From: a virus
Taxonomy: Duplodnaviria > Heunggongvirae > Uroviricota > Caudoviricetes
Reading direction: 5' to 3' (one strand)
Virus record (IMG/VR): IMGVR_UViG_3300007072_000340
Span: 30,216-94,215 of that record
DNA: 64,000 nt
Below are positions 55,342 through 63,601 of the stretch, one piece after another (position 1 is the stretch's first letter; every line of letters starts with the position of its first letter). The notes under the pieces were generated by a model. That model was not told the DNA's origin and did not search any database. It saw only the letters and a program-made list of their open reading frames with translations. The position numbers were made by a program, and so were the translations under genes.

Positions 55342-55413
55342 TGGTAGTCCTGAGAATCGAACTCAGCGCCGCGCGGTTATCAGCCGCGTTCGGGCAACCA
55401 GCCCTCGACTACC
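55342..55413 (-). tRNA. tRNA-Ile(GAU)
   Basis: Anticodon arm cgcgg-ttatcag-ccgcg (codon ATC); perfect T-arm ctgag-aatcgaa-ctcag; A73. Confidence 0.65.
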
Positions 55414-55439
55414 TCGTGCCAACGTCGTTGTCGATCCAG

Positions 55440-55512
55440 TCGGGATGGCAGGACTCGAACCTGCGTCTCCGTGCTCCCAAAGCACGTGGGCTCGCCGCTA
55501 CCCTACATCCCG
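55440..55512 (-). tRNA. tRNA-Pro(UGG)
   Basis: Anticodon arm cgtgc-tcccaaa-gcacg (codon CCA); same anticodon stem as Pro(CGG); A73. Confidence 0.7.
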
Positions 55513-55520
55513 CACCTCAG

Positions 55521-55595
55521 TCAGAACGGCCGGATTTGAACCGGCGATCTCCTGCACCCCGAGCAGGCGCGATACCCAGGCTTCGCTACGTTCTG
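55521..55595 (-). tRNA. tRNA-Pro(GGG)
   Basis: Anticodon arm cctgc-accccga-gcagg (codon CCC, C33); perfect acceptor cagaacg/cgttctg; A73. Confidence 0.6.
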
Positions 55596-55602
55596 ATCGC
55601 AG

Positions 55603-55675
55603 TAGCCCGTGCGGGAGTCGAACCCGCCTTTTCGGCTTGAAGGGCCGATGTCCTCAACCGATAGACGAACGAGCC
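55603..55675 (-). tRNA. tRNA-Glu(UUC)
   Basis: Anticodon arm tcggc-ttgaagg-gccga (codon GAA, C33); D-arm gtc-ctcaaccgata-gac. Confidence 0.6.
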
Positions 55676-55734
55676 GCGTCGGCGCGCACCTTCCACGCAG
55701 CCGGAACCCAGGTTGGCGCGCACGCTCAGCGTAG

Positions 55735-55806
55735 TGGGCCGGGAGGTGCTCGAACCCTCGTCTGCTGCTTTTCAGGCCGCCGCTACACCATCTCAGCTAC
55801 CAGCCC
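55735..55806 (-). tRNA. tRNA-Phe(GAA)
   Basis: Anticodon arm gctgc-ttttcag-gccgc (codon TTC); D-arm gct-acaccatctc-agc; first tRNA of the array in transcription order. Confidence 0.55.
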
Positions 55807-55810
55807 AACG

Positions 55811-55852
55811 AAAAAACCCGGTGTCACTTCCACTTGTGACACCGGGTTTCTT
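55811..55852 (-). terminator. Rho-independent terminator (strong on minus strand, bidirectional-like)
   Basis: 11-bp perfect stem cccggtgtcac/gtgacaccggg, loop ttccactt, A-run one side and T-run the other; sits upstream of the tRNA array, downstream of the 56.2-57.5 kb genes. Confidence 0.7.
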
Positions 55853-56242
55853 GAAACCCATCGTGACGTAAGGTCAAGCGTCACAAGCGCAAAGGATGCA
55901 CGGGCAGGGTATTCGCCGGTTGACCGGCGTAACGCCCTGTGCATCGTGGTTCGCTTGCTATACTTGACCTAAACGAAGTCATCGCCCTTCTCGCAAGTTC
56001 TGGTGCTCCTGGAAACCGGCCGACTGCATCCGTCGGCCCTTATACGTATAGACGCCGCAGGGGCCAAGAAGGTTCATCGGATTTTTCGTCGTCGTCGCCC
56101 CAGTAATAGTATAGATACTCTTCGAGGGCGGCTTATTCCCTCGAAAATGCCGAAAAGCCGCTACCAGCCTGCCGCTTGGCCCTGTTGCCTGCCGGCTCGC
56201 GCCGGCCGGTGGAGGACTCTCCGCGCGGGGACGCGACCGCGG

Positions 56243-56533
56243 CTATGGCCGTTGTTTCTTCTTGCCGGCGGTCTCGGCCGCCGTCCGCATCTCTGTTTGC
56301 ACAGCTCGCGTGTCGGCGATGATCGCCGACAGGGCCTCGCAGAAAGTCTGCGCATCCAGCAATCGCAAGGGGTTCTGCATCGACGCAGCCGGAAAGGTGA
56401 CAATAATCTCAGAGCCACGACCGGCCCTGTAGTTCCTGATCTCGGAACGAATCACCATCGCGCTGCTTGCGGTCCCCTGGAAAGGTTGCGCCGTCAATCG
56501 AACGCCCCAGTCAAAGTCCTCACGCTCGATCAA
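56243..56533 (-). CDS. Hypothetical protein
   Basis: 96-aa ORF MIEREDFDWGVRLTAQ... Confidence 0.4.
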   Translation of the reverse strand: MIEREDFDWGVRLTAQPFQGTASSAMVIRSEIRNYRAGRGSEIIVTFPAASMQNPLRLLDAQTFCEALSAIIADTRAVQTEMRTAAETAGKKKQRP

Positions 56534-56553
56534 CTTCCGCTCCTCCGTGACGG

Positions 56554-56910
56554 CTACGGCCTTCGTTTTTCCTTTTCCTGTCGGACTCTTTCGTTTTGTA
56601 GTCGTAGTTCTGTCTCCAAGTCAGCGAGGTACTGCCGCTGGGCGCGATATAACGGATCGACGCGCTGATACGCCACTCCATACACGACCACGGCTACGAA
56701 GACACCAAAGGCCGGATGGCCATGCCAAACGCAAAGCAGCCCGGCAGCCACGGCCGCCAGGATACTCCACGCAACACCTCTATAGTAACCCGCGCGTTCG
56801 CGGGAAGTCATTTGCTCCCGGAGGCACTGCTTCAACTCCGACTTGCTCTCGACGCTGCCGACGCCTCGATAGTAGGCGATCGTCCGCCAGCTTCGATGGG
56901 ACAGTCTCAT
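56554..56910 (-). CDS. Hypothetical membrane protein
   Basis: Two predicted TM helices (WSILAAVAAGLLCVW; FGVFVAVVVYGVAY). Confidence 0.4.
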   Translation of the reverse strand: MRLSHRSWRTIAYYRGVGSVESKSELKQCLREQMTSRERAGYYRGVAWSILAAVAAGLLCVWHGHPAFGVFVAVVVYGVAYQRVDPLYRAQRQYLADLETELRLQNERVRQEKEKRRP

Positions 56911-57251
56911 ACGGCCTCCAACATCGGGTCCAACCGGACGCGAGAGCCATCCTTGAGCCGCACGAAGTTGTACACCTTTGGCAGATAGTGGCCGCTTGCC
57001 AACCGCTCGCCGGTGTACGGGGCCGGTCCCCCGCGCAGGACTGCCCTCCGAGCCTCAGCCGCCTGCTTTGGCGTCAGCAAGGCCGGATCAAATCCCCAGC
57101 GATCCACCGCATCCGCGGCGATCCCCTGGGCCTGCACGGCAGCCCACAAGTCGAGTTGCCGCAGCAGCCAGTCCCGTTCGGCTTGCTTCGCACGGATGTC
57201 GGCGAGTAGCCTCTGAGCGGGAGACATGGCCAATTCTACCTCAGTATTCAT
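56907..57251 (-). CDS. Hypothetical protein
   Basis: 114-aa ORF, stop/start overlap with neighbour. Confidence 0.4.
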   Translation of the reverse strand: MNTEVELAMSPAQRLLADIRAKQAERDWLLRQLDLWAAVQAQGIAADAVDRWGFDPALLTPKQAAEARRAVLRGGPAPYTGERLASGHYLPKVYNFVRLKDGSRVRLDPMLEAV

Positions 57252-57528
57252 CGGGCAGCAAGATGCAGGTCGAAGATCGGTCAGCCTCGGTAATCACCCA
57301 GACTTTCACTCCTTTAGAGGTACGGTATACGCTAAATATGCGGGCACCATCCTTGAGCGCCTGCTCGTTCGCCCCTTCGTCGTCAGGGTGAATGTCTCCC
57401 CACTCGCCGCGGACATGGCGGTTAAGGAAATCGGCCGGCGATTGACCAGCCTCTTCCAGGGCCGCCAGGGCTCCGGGGGTGGCCACGCACTGGCCGAGCG
57501 AAAACAACGGTCGCACAGAATCTACCAT
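57241..57528 (-). CDS. Hypothetical protein
   Basis: Start at MVDSVRPLFS. Confidence 0.35.
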   Translation of the reverse strand: MVDSVRPLFSLGQCVATPGALAALEEAGQSPADFLNRHVRGEWGDIHPDDEGANEQALKDGARIFSVYRTSKGVKVWVITEADRSSTCILLPDEY

Positions 57529-57624
57529 CGTGACACCCCATCTACACAGCGTCAAGCGAGGCTTGCGCCCGCAGGTCACCTCCCATGTGAGGCCGTCTCT
57601 GCGGTCGGACTGCCGCCACCGTAT

Positions 57625-59055
57625 TCAAGCAACGATCTCTACGATGCACTGAATCAAGAAGTTCTGAAAATCCCGGCTCATGTCCGTCGCCCCGGTGACG
57701 TAGTGGGCGACCTCCTCGAAAGCCGTTTGCAGCAGATACTTGTTGACGGCCGTGGCAATATCCTCCTTGAAGCAGACCACGCCTTCGCGGCAGTAGCCCA
57801 TTACTTCGGAGCCAGCCTGCATGATGTCCCGGAAGCAAGCCACAGTCGGCTTCTTCTTGCCTTGCGTCATGTTGATCTGCTGCAACCACGACCAGACAGT
57901 ATCAACCGCCTTGATGGCGGCATCCGTCGCCGGCACAATCTGCTTCCCGTTGCTCTCGTGGCCGTCCAGGACCGAGGCGGCCGTCTTGACGCCACAGCGG
58001 GCGGCAGCCGTAATCCAGGACGCGGCCTTCGTCGGCTTCGGCCGAAAGCCCTTCTTCTCGACGAACTCGGACGTATGGCCCAGGCTGGCGTCACACAGGA
58101 CCGCGTTCGGGCCGGCCGCCAACTCCCACGCTTGCTGCCACGCTTCTTTCTGGGCCGGCTCGGGGTCTGAGTAGGACGCGGCCATGTAGTAGGAGTCAAA
58201 GGTCGCCTCATAGGTCTGCTCCTGGGCGACAAGGCTCTTGAACACTGGGACAAGCTGTTGGGCCGTGGCCTTGCGGAACAGCCGGGCCGCAGCCCCCTTG
58301 ATGTCGTACTCACTCGAATTGCGCGATTCGTCGAGCCGCAATTCGCCGTCGTGGAAGTTGTAGTCGTAGACCGACGCCTCTTCGTCTTCTGCGATCTCGC
58401 GGATCAACACGCCCTCCTTGTAGACCATCGCCGTCCGCTTGCCGCTCAGGTTCCGGTCGGCCTTCGGCAGGAGCGACTCCTTCACCAGCGACGGGTTGCC
58501 GGAGAAATGCAGGAACCGCCGGGGCAGTTCGCCGTAGAACCGCTGGACATCAGGGTTCACCTCGACGAACACGCGCGTGTAGCCGTCCCGCGCCCGCACC
58601 GCCCCGTCCTCGACGATGGCGACACGCAGGTCTTCGCTCCGCAGCGCCGGCAGGAAGTCGCCGTTCTCACGCACCGTCCGGTCGATGGCATTGGCAACGA
58701 ACTCCCGTAGGGCCATTGACAGGTCGGTCCAGTCGATCGCCCCGAAGTCCAGGCACCAACCCATGTCGAGCGTCTTGCTGCTGGTCCCGCCCAGTTTGCA
58801 GACCACGCGCTTGATGCTCTGCGTCACCAGACCGTCGCGGATCGTTTCCTCGCGCGTGGCAAATTCCAGACGGGTCTTGCCGCAGTAGATCAGCAGTTTC
58901 AGTCCCGCGCGGAGCAAGGTGTTGATGGCGTGCTTCGCCCCGCTGCCGAACTGGCCGATGGTGCCGGCCACGCCACAGTCGCGGGTGGTCGAGACGCCGA
59001 GTAGAGTAAAGCCCTCCACGGGGGCGACACCAGGGTTCTGGATGCACAGGAACAT
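57625..59055 (-). CDS. GHKL (Bergerat-fold) ATPase-like protein; candidate type IIB topoisomerase B subunit
   Basis: N-box-like REFVANAIDRTV (ExxxNxxD), weak G1-like AIVEDGAVRARDG; adjacent to a Spo11/TopVI-A-like gene. Confidence 0.35.
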   Translation of the reverse strand: MFLCIQNPGVAPVEGFTLLGVSTTRDCGVAGTIGQFGSGAKHAINTLLRAGLKLLIYCGKTRLEFATREETIRDGLVTQSIKRVVCKLGGTSSKTLDMGWCLDFGAIDWTDLSMALREFVANAIDRTVRENGDFLPALRSEDLRVAIVEDGAVRARDGYTRVFVEVNPDVQRFYGELPRRFLHFSGNPSLVKESLLPKADRNLSGKRTAMVYKEGVLIREIAEDEEASVYDYNFHDGELRLDESRNSSEYDIKGAAARLFRKATAQQLVPVFKSLVAQEQTYEATFDSYYMAASYSDPEPAQKEAWQQAWELAAGPNAVLCDASLGHTSEFVEKKGFRPKPTKAASWITAAARCGVKTAASVLDGHESNGKQIVPATDAAIKAVDTVWSWLQQINMTQGKKKPTVACFRDIMQAGSEVMGYCREGVVCFKEDIATAVNKYLLQTAFEEVAHYVTGATDMSRDFQNFLIQCIVEIVA

Positions 59056-59314
59056 GGCTTGTGTCTCAGGGCTGAAGATCAGTGCTGTCGTTCAACTCTA
59101 TTCAAGCATATCATAGAAGATACGCAAGTCAAGCCGCGGTCATAGATTTTCTTCAGAAGACGTGAAACTACGGCGAGACCGAGGGAGACCACTTGGATTG
59201 TGAGGATTATGACGACGAAGGCGATGGCCTTCTGGCGGAGGGCAAATCCGGCGCGCCTTCCGCGGACAACCAGGGCCGATCGAACGGCGGATGCCCCACG
59301 CACGCCAGGCGAAA

Positions 59315-60187
59315 TCACTCTTGCTCGCCATCGCCGCTCCCATTGCTGCCCAAGAACTCCACGACTGTCTGCCACCGGCGGCTGACGGCGCTCAACTGAT
59401 CGCGGCCGGTCTGCTGACGTTCTAGCGCTTCATGCCAATGGTCCTGGTCGATCCGCGCCTGAACCGCATCGCGGATCAGGTCCGCCATGACTTGCGGCTC
59501 TAAGGCGTCCAACTCCCACGAGTCGTCGCCGAACTGCTCCCGGTATTTCTCGTAGCGCGCATCCGTGGTCTTGGCGGGATTTGGCGGCGGCCCATACTCT
59601 TCAATCTGTTCCCACGTCAAAGCAATCCGGTCGATATTGGCTGTGGAGCCAAACAACTCCAACCGCTCTTGGATGTCGCGGGTCATGTCTAGGCCGGACG
59701 GATCATGGTCGCCCAGGTGAATCACCACCGTGTCCCGCCCCGCTTTCTCGTACCGTTTGAGGCGTTGGGCGGCTTCCCACATCTCCGACTGCGACGTGTA
59801 ACCCTTGCAGGCGCAGTAGGGCACCCGCAACTCGGTGCAGATGCCCTCGATCACGCCTATCAATGCCTCTTTCTCGATCCACACTTCGACGTGGTGGGAC
59901 TGCCCGGCCCATAGGTCCACGGTGTACTGGTCGGCGCACGCGCGGATGATCGAGTGCGGGCTGGCCCACGAGGCGTGCATCTGCAAGTTGCGGGTGCGAT
60001 CCTCAATCGCCAGCCAGTCGATCAAGCCGGCCAGGCGACCGTCGTTGATGATGTCGCCCAGGTGCTTGTAGTTCTTCATCGTGTTCTTCGTGTCCGCCGG
60101 CAGCCCGTGCTTGAGGTTGTAGTCCCGGTCGATCCACAACTCGGGGAGCAAGTCTTTGGCGATGAACTGATAGTACAACTGCCGCAA
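59315..60187 (-). CDS. Topoisomerase VI subunit A / Spo11-like (5Y-CAP catalytic Tyr region + Toprim), N-terminally disrupted
   Basis: LRQLYYQF (cf. Spo11 RDIYY catalytic Tyr), Toprim acidic motifs VEVWIEKEAL and VVIHLGDHDPSGLDM (cf. TDADPHG). ORF begins at TTG immediately after an in-frame TAA; upstream same-frame segment MPCIAYVTKNFRQDTLAIIAKANAVIAEYQR (60298-60206) and a -1 frame segment MADPAKDLL... from 60450. Confidence 0.5.
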   Translation of the reverse strand: MRQLYYQFIAKDLLPELWIDRDYNLKHGLPADTKNTMKNYKHLGDIINDGRLAGLIDWLAIEDRTRNLQMHASWASPHSIIRACADQYTVDLWAGQSHHVEVWIEKEALIGVIEGICTELRVPYCACKGYTSQSEMWEAAQRLKRYEKAGRDTVVIHLGDHDPSGLDMTRDIQERLELFGSTANIDRIALTWEQIEEYGPPPNPAKTTDARYEKYREQFGDDSWELDALEPQVMADLIRDAVQARIDQDHWHEALERQQTGRDQLSAVSRRWQTVVEFLGSNGSGDGEQE

Positions 60188-60202
60188 GGTCAGCTTGAAC
60201 CC

Positions 60203-60450
60203 TTATCGCTGGTACTCGGCAATGACGGCGTTGGCCTTGGCGATGATCGCCAGGGTGTCCTGGCGAAAGTTCTTCGTCACGTAAGCAATGCAGGGCATTG
60301 TCTTGCTGCTCTTACCCAGCAGCATCGAATGTTGCGGTACTCGTCGTGAAGTTCCTTCGCCAAGGGGTCATTCATTTTGCCCCGCAACATTCCATGCAAC
60401 TGCTCCTCCGTGACTCCAGCATCGAGAAGGTCTTTCGCCGGGTCCGCCAT
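60203..60450 (-). pseudogene. N-terminal fragments of the Topo VI-A-like gene, separated by a frameshift and an in-frame TAA
   Basis: ATG 60450 opens MADPAKDLLDAGVTEEQLHGMLRGKMNDPLAKELHDEYRNIRCCW...; a -1 shift gives MPCIAYV...AEYQR; TAA at 60205-60203 lies 6 codons before LRQLYYQ. Confidence 0.4.
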
Positions 60451-60470
60451 CGGTTCACAGATGCGTCTCC

Positions 60471-61271
60471 CTAGCTGCAAGCGGCACAAGCCGGCTGTCG
60501 TTTCGTCACGTTGCCCAGGTACTCCCTGCCGAGATAGCGGTCGATTAGCCGCCAGACCATCATGTGCGTGAACACGCCCCCTTCGGGCCGGCGCTTCGTC
60601 GGCCGTGTCTTGAAACCCTGTTCGTTGAGCCAGGTCACGATCTTGTCGAGCGTCTGGCCTTCTTCTCGCCGGCGCTTGATCTCGGGCACGAGAACCTGCT
60701 GATACCGCTCCCTTGCCTTCTGGGCATTGGCGGCCGAACCCAGCGGTTGCGCCTTCCTGACGCCTCGCAGGTGCTCGCGTCCGTCCCAATGACCGGGCCG
60801 CGCCGAACCGAGCAGCTTGCCCCTGGCCTTCGTTGCCGCCAAGGCCGCCTTCGTGCGGGCCGCGATCTGGCGGGCCTCGTGTTCCGCTACGGCCGCGAGG
60901 ACTTGAATGTTGAACCGGTCGGCATACGGGTTGTCGCAGCACACGAAGTCCAATTCCGCGTGCAGCAGGCAATTCAGGAAGTAGCAGTTGCGGGCTAGCC
61001 GGTCCAACTTGGCGACCACCAACGTCGAATTGGTCAGCCGGGCATGGTGAATCGCCTCTTGCAGCTTCGGCCGCGCCGATTTCTTGCCGGTTTCGATCTC
61101 GATGTACTCAGCAATCACGGTCGCGCCGTGGGCGAGCACCAGTTGGCGGACCATTTCCTTCTGGGCTTCCAGGCCCAGGCCGCTCTTGCCTTGCTTCTTC
61201 GTGCTCACGCGGTAGTAGGCGACGATCTTGATGATCTTCTCGATGCTGATGCTCACGGTGGCTGTCTCCAA
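60471..61271 (-). CDS. Small serine recombinase (resolvase/invertase family)
   Basis: Catalytic region VAYYRVSTKKQGKSGLGLEAQ, LVVAKLDRLARN, C-terminal HTH-like region. Confidence 0.75.
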   Translation of the reverse strand: METATVSISIEKIIKIVAYYRVSTKKQGKSGLGLEAQKEMVRQLVLAHGATVIAEYIEIETGKKSARPKLQEAIHHARLTNSTLVVAKLDRLARNCYFLNCLLHAELDFVCCDNPYADRFNIQVLAAVAEHEARQIAARTKAALAATKARGKLLGSARPGHWDGREHLRGVRKAQPLGSAANAQKARERYQQVLVPEIKRRREEGQTLDKIVTWLNEQGFKTRPTKRRPEGGVFTHMMVWRLIDRYLGREYLGNVTKRQPACAACS

Positions 61272-61625
61272 GTCGTCGATTCGCGGCTGTCTAACTTAAG
61301 CATAGTCCAGAAGATGCGAAAGTCCAATCCCAAAACACAAGAATTGGGCCAGTTTGCCCGAGAACCGGCCGCTACGGGCCGTACTCCCAGCCTTCTTAGG
61401 CGTCCGCGGCCCTCGAACTCCCCCAGGACCAGGCCGGCGTCTTTGTCCACTTCGCCCACCTGCTCGATGCCCTTAGAATCAGCCGTGGCTGGCAAAACTC
61501 GCTGGCAGGTGCCGGTGATGACCAGGCGTGAAGATGTTGCTTTGGAGCTGATGTCCTCGCGCACTTTCACTGTCCTGTACCCACAGATGGGACGGCGCGA
61601 AGACACTGCTGCTACCCGACCGCGC

Positions 61626-61922
61626 TCACCAGTTGTTCGGGTTCAAGACCGCATACGCCGCCGTCTTTTCGGCCGGAGTCCTGTAAATCGCCGGATACAT
61701 CTTGTCGAACTTGCGGCGGCGTATCTCCTCTCGGGCGGCCTCGGCCGCAAGCCGGTCCAATTCGATCTCTACGCTGCGCGGAAGCTGCGTGTGGCTGCCG
61801 AGTCCGCGCACCGCGTGCTTCACCCTCATCCGGTACTGCTCGTCGAACCTCGCCCGTCGAGCCAGTTCCTCACGAACGATGTCGTCGTCCATATCGTTTG
61901 TCATTGTCGCGTGGCCGATCAC
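61626..61922 (-). CDS. Hypothetical protein
   Basis: 98-aa ORF between the two recombinase genes. Confidence 0.35.
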   Translation of the reverse strand: MIGHATMTNDMDDDIVREELARRARFDEQYRMRVKHAVRGLGSHTQLPRSVEIELDRLAAEAAREEIRRRKFDKMYPAIYRTPAEKTAAYAVLNPNNW

Positions 61923-62267
61923 TGTGTTCTGGTCGCGTTTATCGAGGACAACCCTTGAACCACCTCAACAAAAAGAGGAGCGGCAAACCGTGCTGCTCCT
62001 CCGGCCCCCGCCAAGGGGCTTCACAGAACAGCGCCGGCCGCCGCTCCCTTTCGGGAGCGAGGCACAAGCGCTGCTTCTGTGAATCAAGAGCCGAAGCTCA
62101 GGTGGCGGTTTCGGAGGAAGCAGTGACTCGACACACTCGCGTCAGTTCAGGCTGTCAACTCATCTTATGTCATGTGGTCGGTGGTCCTGGGGTGCGTGTT
62201 GATGACAATTCACGACTGGCACAGCAACGCCGGCCGAGGGACTTGCAGGTCCATTCGTCGGCGTGCA

Positions 62268-62711
62268 TCACTTGTAACCAAACTTCTTCCGAAACTCGGG
62301 ATTGGCCCGTTTGAGGGCCAGGCCAGAGAACACGCTATCGGAGTCCTTAGCCCCGGAGATCGCCCGCTTCCACTGCTCGACCATGTACCGGGTCACGCCC
62401 CAGTAGTGGGCGACGGTCAACTCGTCTTCCTCGCACACGGCCCGCACCAGGTCGCCGCAGAGGATCGGCAGCAGCGGGGCCTCGCTCCGGCCTTTCTGGT
62501 ACTCAGCCCCCGGCCAAGCGATTGGAGCATCGGTGAAGCCCTGCACCTTGATGTCGCCCCGATACTCGTCATGGAGCACGGCACCAACGCTCACGGCCGG
62601 GGCACGATATGGTCCGGCACGCCAATGGAACTCACCCGGCGGCGGAAACTTCGCCGCCATCGTTGCCCGCGTCTCGCCTTTCCGCTTTGGTTTCTTGGCC
62701 ATTGTAGTCAT
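62268..62711 (-). CDS. Hypothetical protein
   Basis: Start at MTTMAKKPKRKGE (ATG 62711); 147 aa. Confidence 0.4.
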   Translation of the reverse strand: MTTMAKKPKRKGETRATMAAKFPPPGEFHWRAGPYRAPAVSVGAVLHDEYRGDIKVQGFTDAPIAWPGAEYQKGRSEAPLLPILCGDLVRAVCEEDELTVAHYWGVTRYMVEQWKRAISGAKDSDSVFSGLALKRANPEFRKKFGYK

Positions 62712-62737
62712 ACGTGTCCTTGAATCGAGAAGGTCCT

Positions 62738-63481
62738 TCACGACGGCACCGCCACCTTGCTGCCCTGGGTCCGCTTCCTGATGTTGCCGAGCCATTCCTT
62801 TCCCAGGTAGCGGCCGATCAGCCGCCACACGGCCGTCTGGGTGAAGGGCTTGCCGGCCGTCGTAACCTTGCCTTGCTGGTTCAGCCACTCGACGATCTCC
62901 GGCAGGGTGTCGCCCCGTTCCCGCCGGGCCTTGATCTCCGGCATCAAGTAGGCATAGGTGTTTTTCGTCCGCTCCTTCTTCTTTCGGGCCGCTGCGGCAA
63001 TCGCCAGCTTCGTCCCCCGCAGGTGCTCCCGGCCCTTCCAGTGATTCGGGTTCGCCGATGCGAGTTTCACGCCCCGCGCCTTCGCCGCGGCCAACGCGGT
63101 CTTGGCCCGGTCACTGACTTTGCGGGTTTCTTCCTCAGCCACGTTCGCAATGATATGGATGGTCGTCCGATTGATGTCGTGGTTGTCCAGGCACACGAAG
63201 TCCACCTGGCTCTCCAACAGCAGCCGAGTTGCCGGGACGTTTCGAGCCAGCCGGCCCAGGTGGCAAACGACTAACGTAGCCTCAGACCGGAGCGCATGTT
63301 CGACGGCCTTGGGGAACTCCGTTCGCCGGTTGTGCTTTCCCTCCTTCTCCGTGTACGTGGCGATGATCCGTCCGTTGTTGTAGCTGACGAACCGCTCGGC
63401 TTCTTCTCGCTGCGCCGCAAGGTCAACGTGCAAACGGCTTTTCTTCGGCCAGGACCGGTAGTAGACGATGTAGCGTTTCAT
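62738..63481 (-). CDS. Small serine recombinase, paralogue of 60471..61271
   Basis: IVYYRSWPKKS...LVVCHLGRLARN...FVCLDNHD...NHWKGREHLRG parallels the first recombinase. Confidence 0.65.
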   Translation of the reverse strand: MKRYIVYYRSWPKKSRLHVDLAAQREEAERFVSYNNGRIIATYTEKEGKHNRRTEFPKAVEHALRSEATLVVCHLGRLARNVPATRLLLESQVDFVCLDNHDINRTTIHIIANVAEEETRKVSDRAKTALAAAKARGVKLASANPNHWKGREHLRGTKLAIAAAARKKKERTKNTYAYLMPEIKARRERGDTLPEIVEWLNQQGKVTTAGKPFTQTAVWRLIGRYLGKEWLGNIRKRTQGSKVAVPS

Positions 63482-63601
63482 GGGTTTCTCATGCTTTCCT
63501 TAAATCCGGTGGCGATCCAACCCCAGTGAACCTTACACTACAATCGGGCGGAATTCAAGCCGTGGCCTTGTGTTTCTGCAAGGGTAATCTATGATTGGGG
63601 C

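Noticed and set aside
51150-55810. Ochre (UAA) suppressor tRNA that could rescue the Topo VI-A-like gene
   Set aside because: No anticodon UUA loop found among resolved or partly resolved tRNA-like elements; cannot exclude in the unresolved ones.
50697-55972. Protein ORFs across the tRNA array (e.g. 51256..51873, 53238..54269, 54381..55202)
   Set aside because: Region is densely packed with tRNA cloverleaves; ORFs are chance open frames.
60277-60972. 231-aa ORF overlapping the serine recombinase
   Set aside because: Mostly antisense, R/G-rich; only its last ~55 codons (from ATG 60450) look like genuine coding sequence, treated as a Topo VI-A N-terminal fragment.
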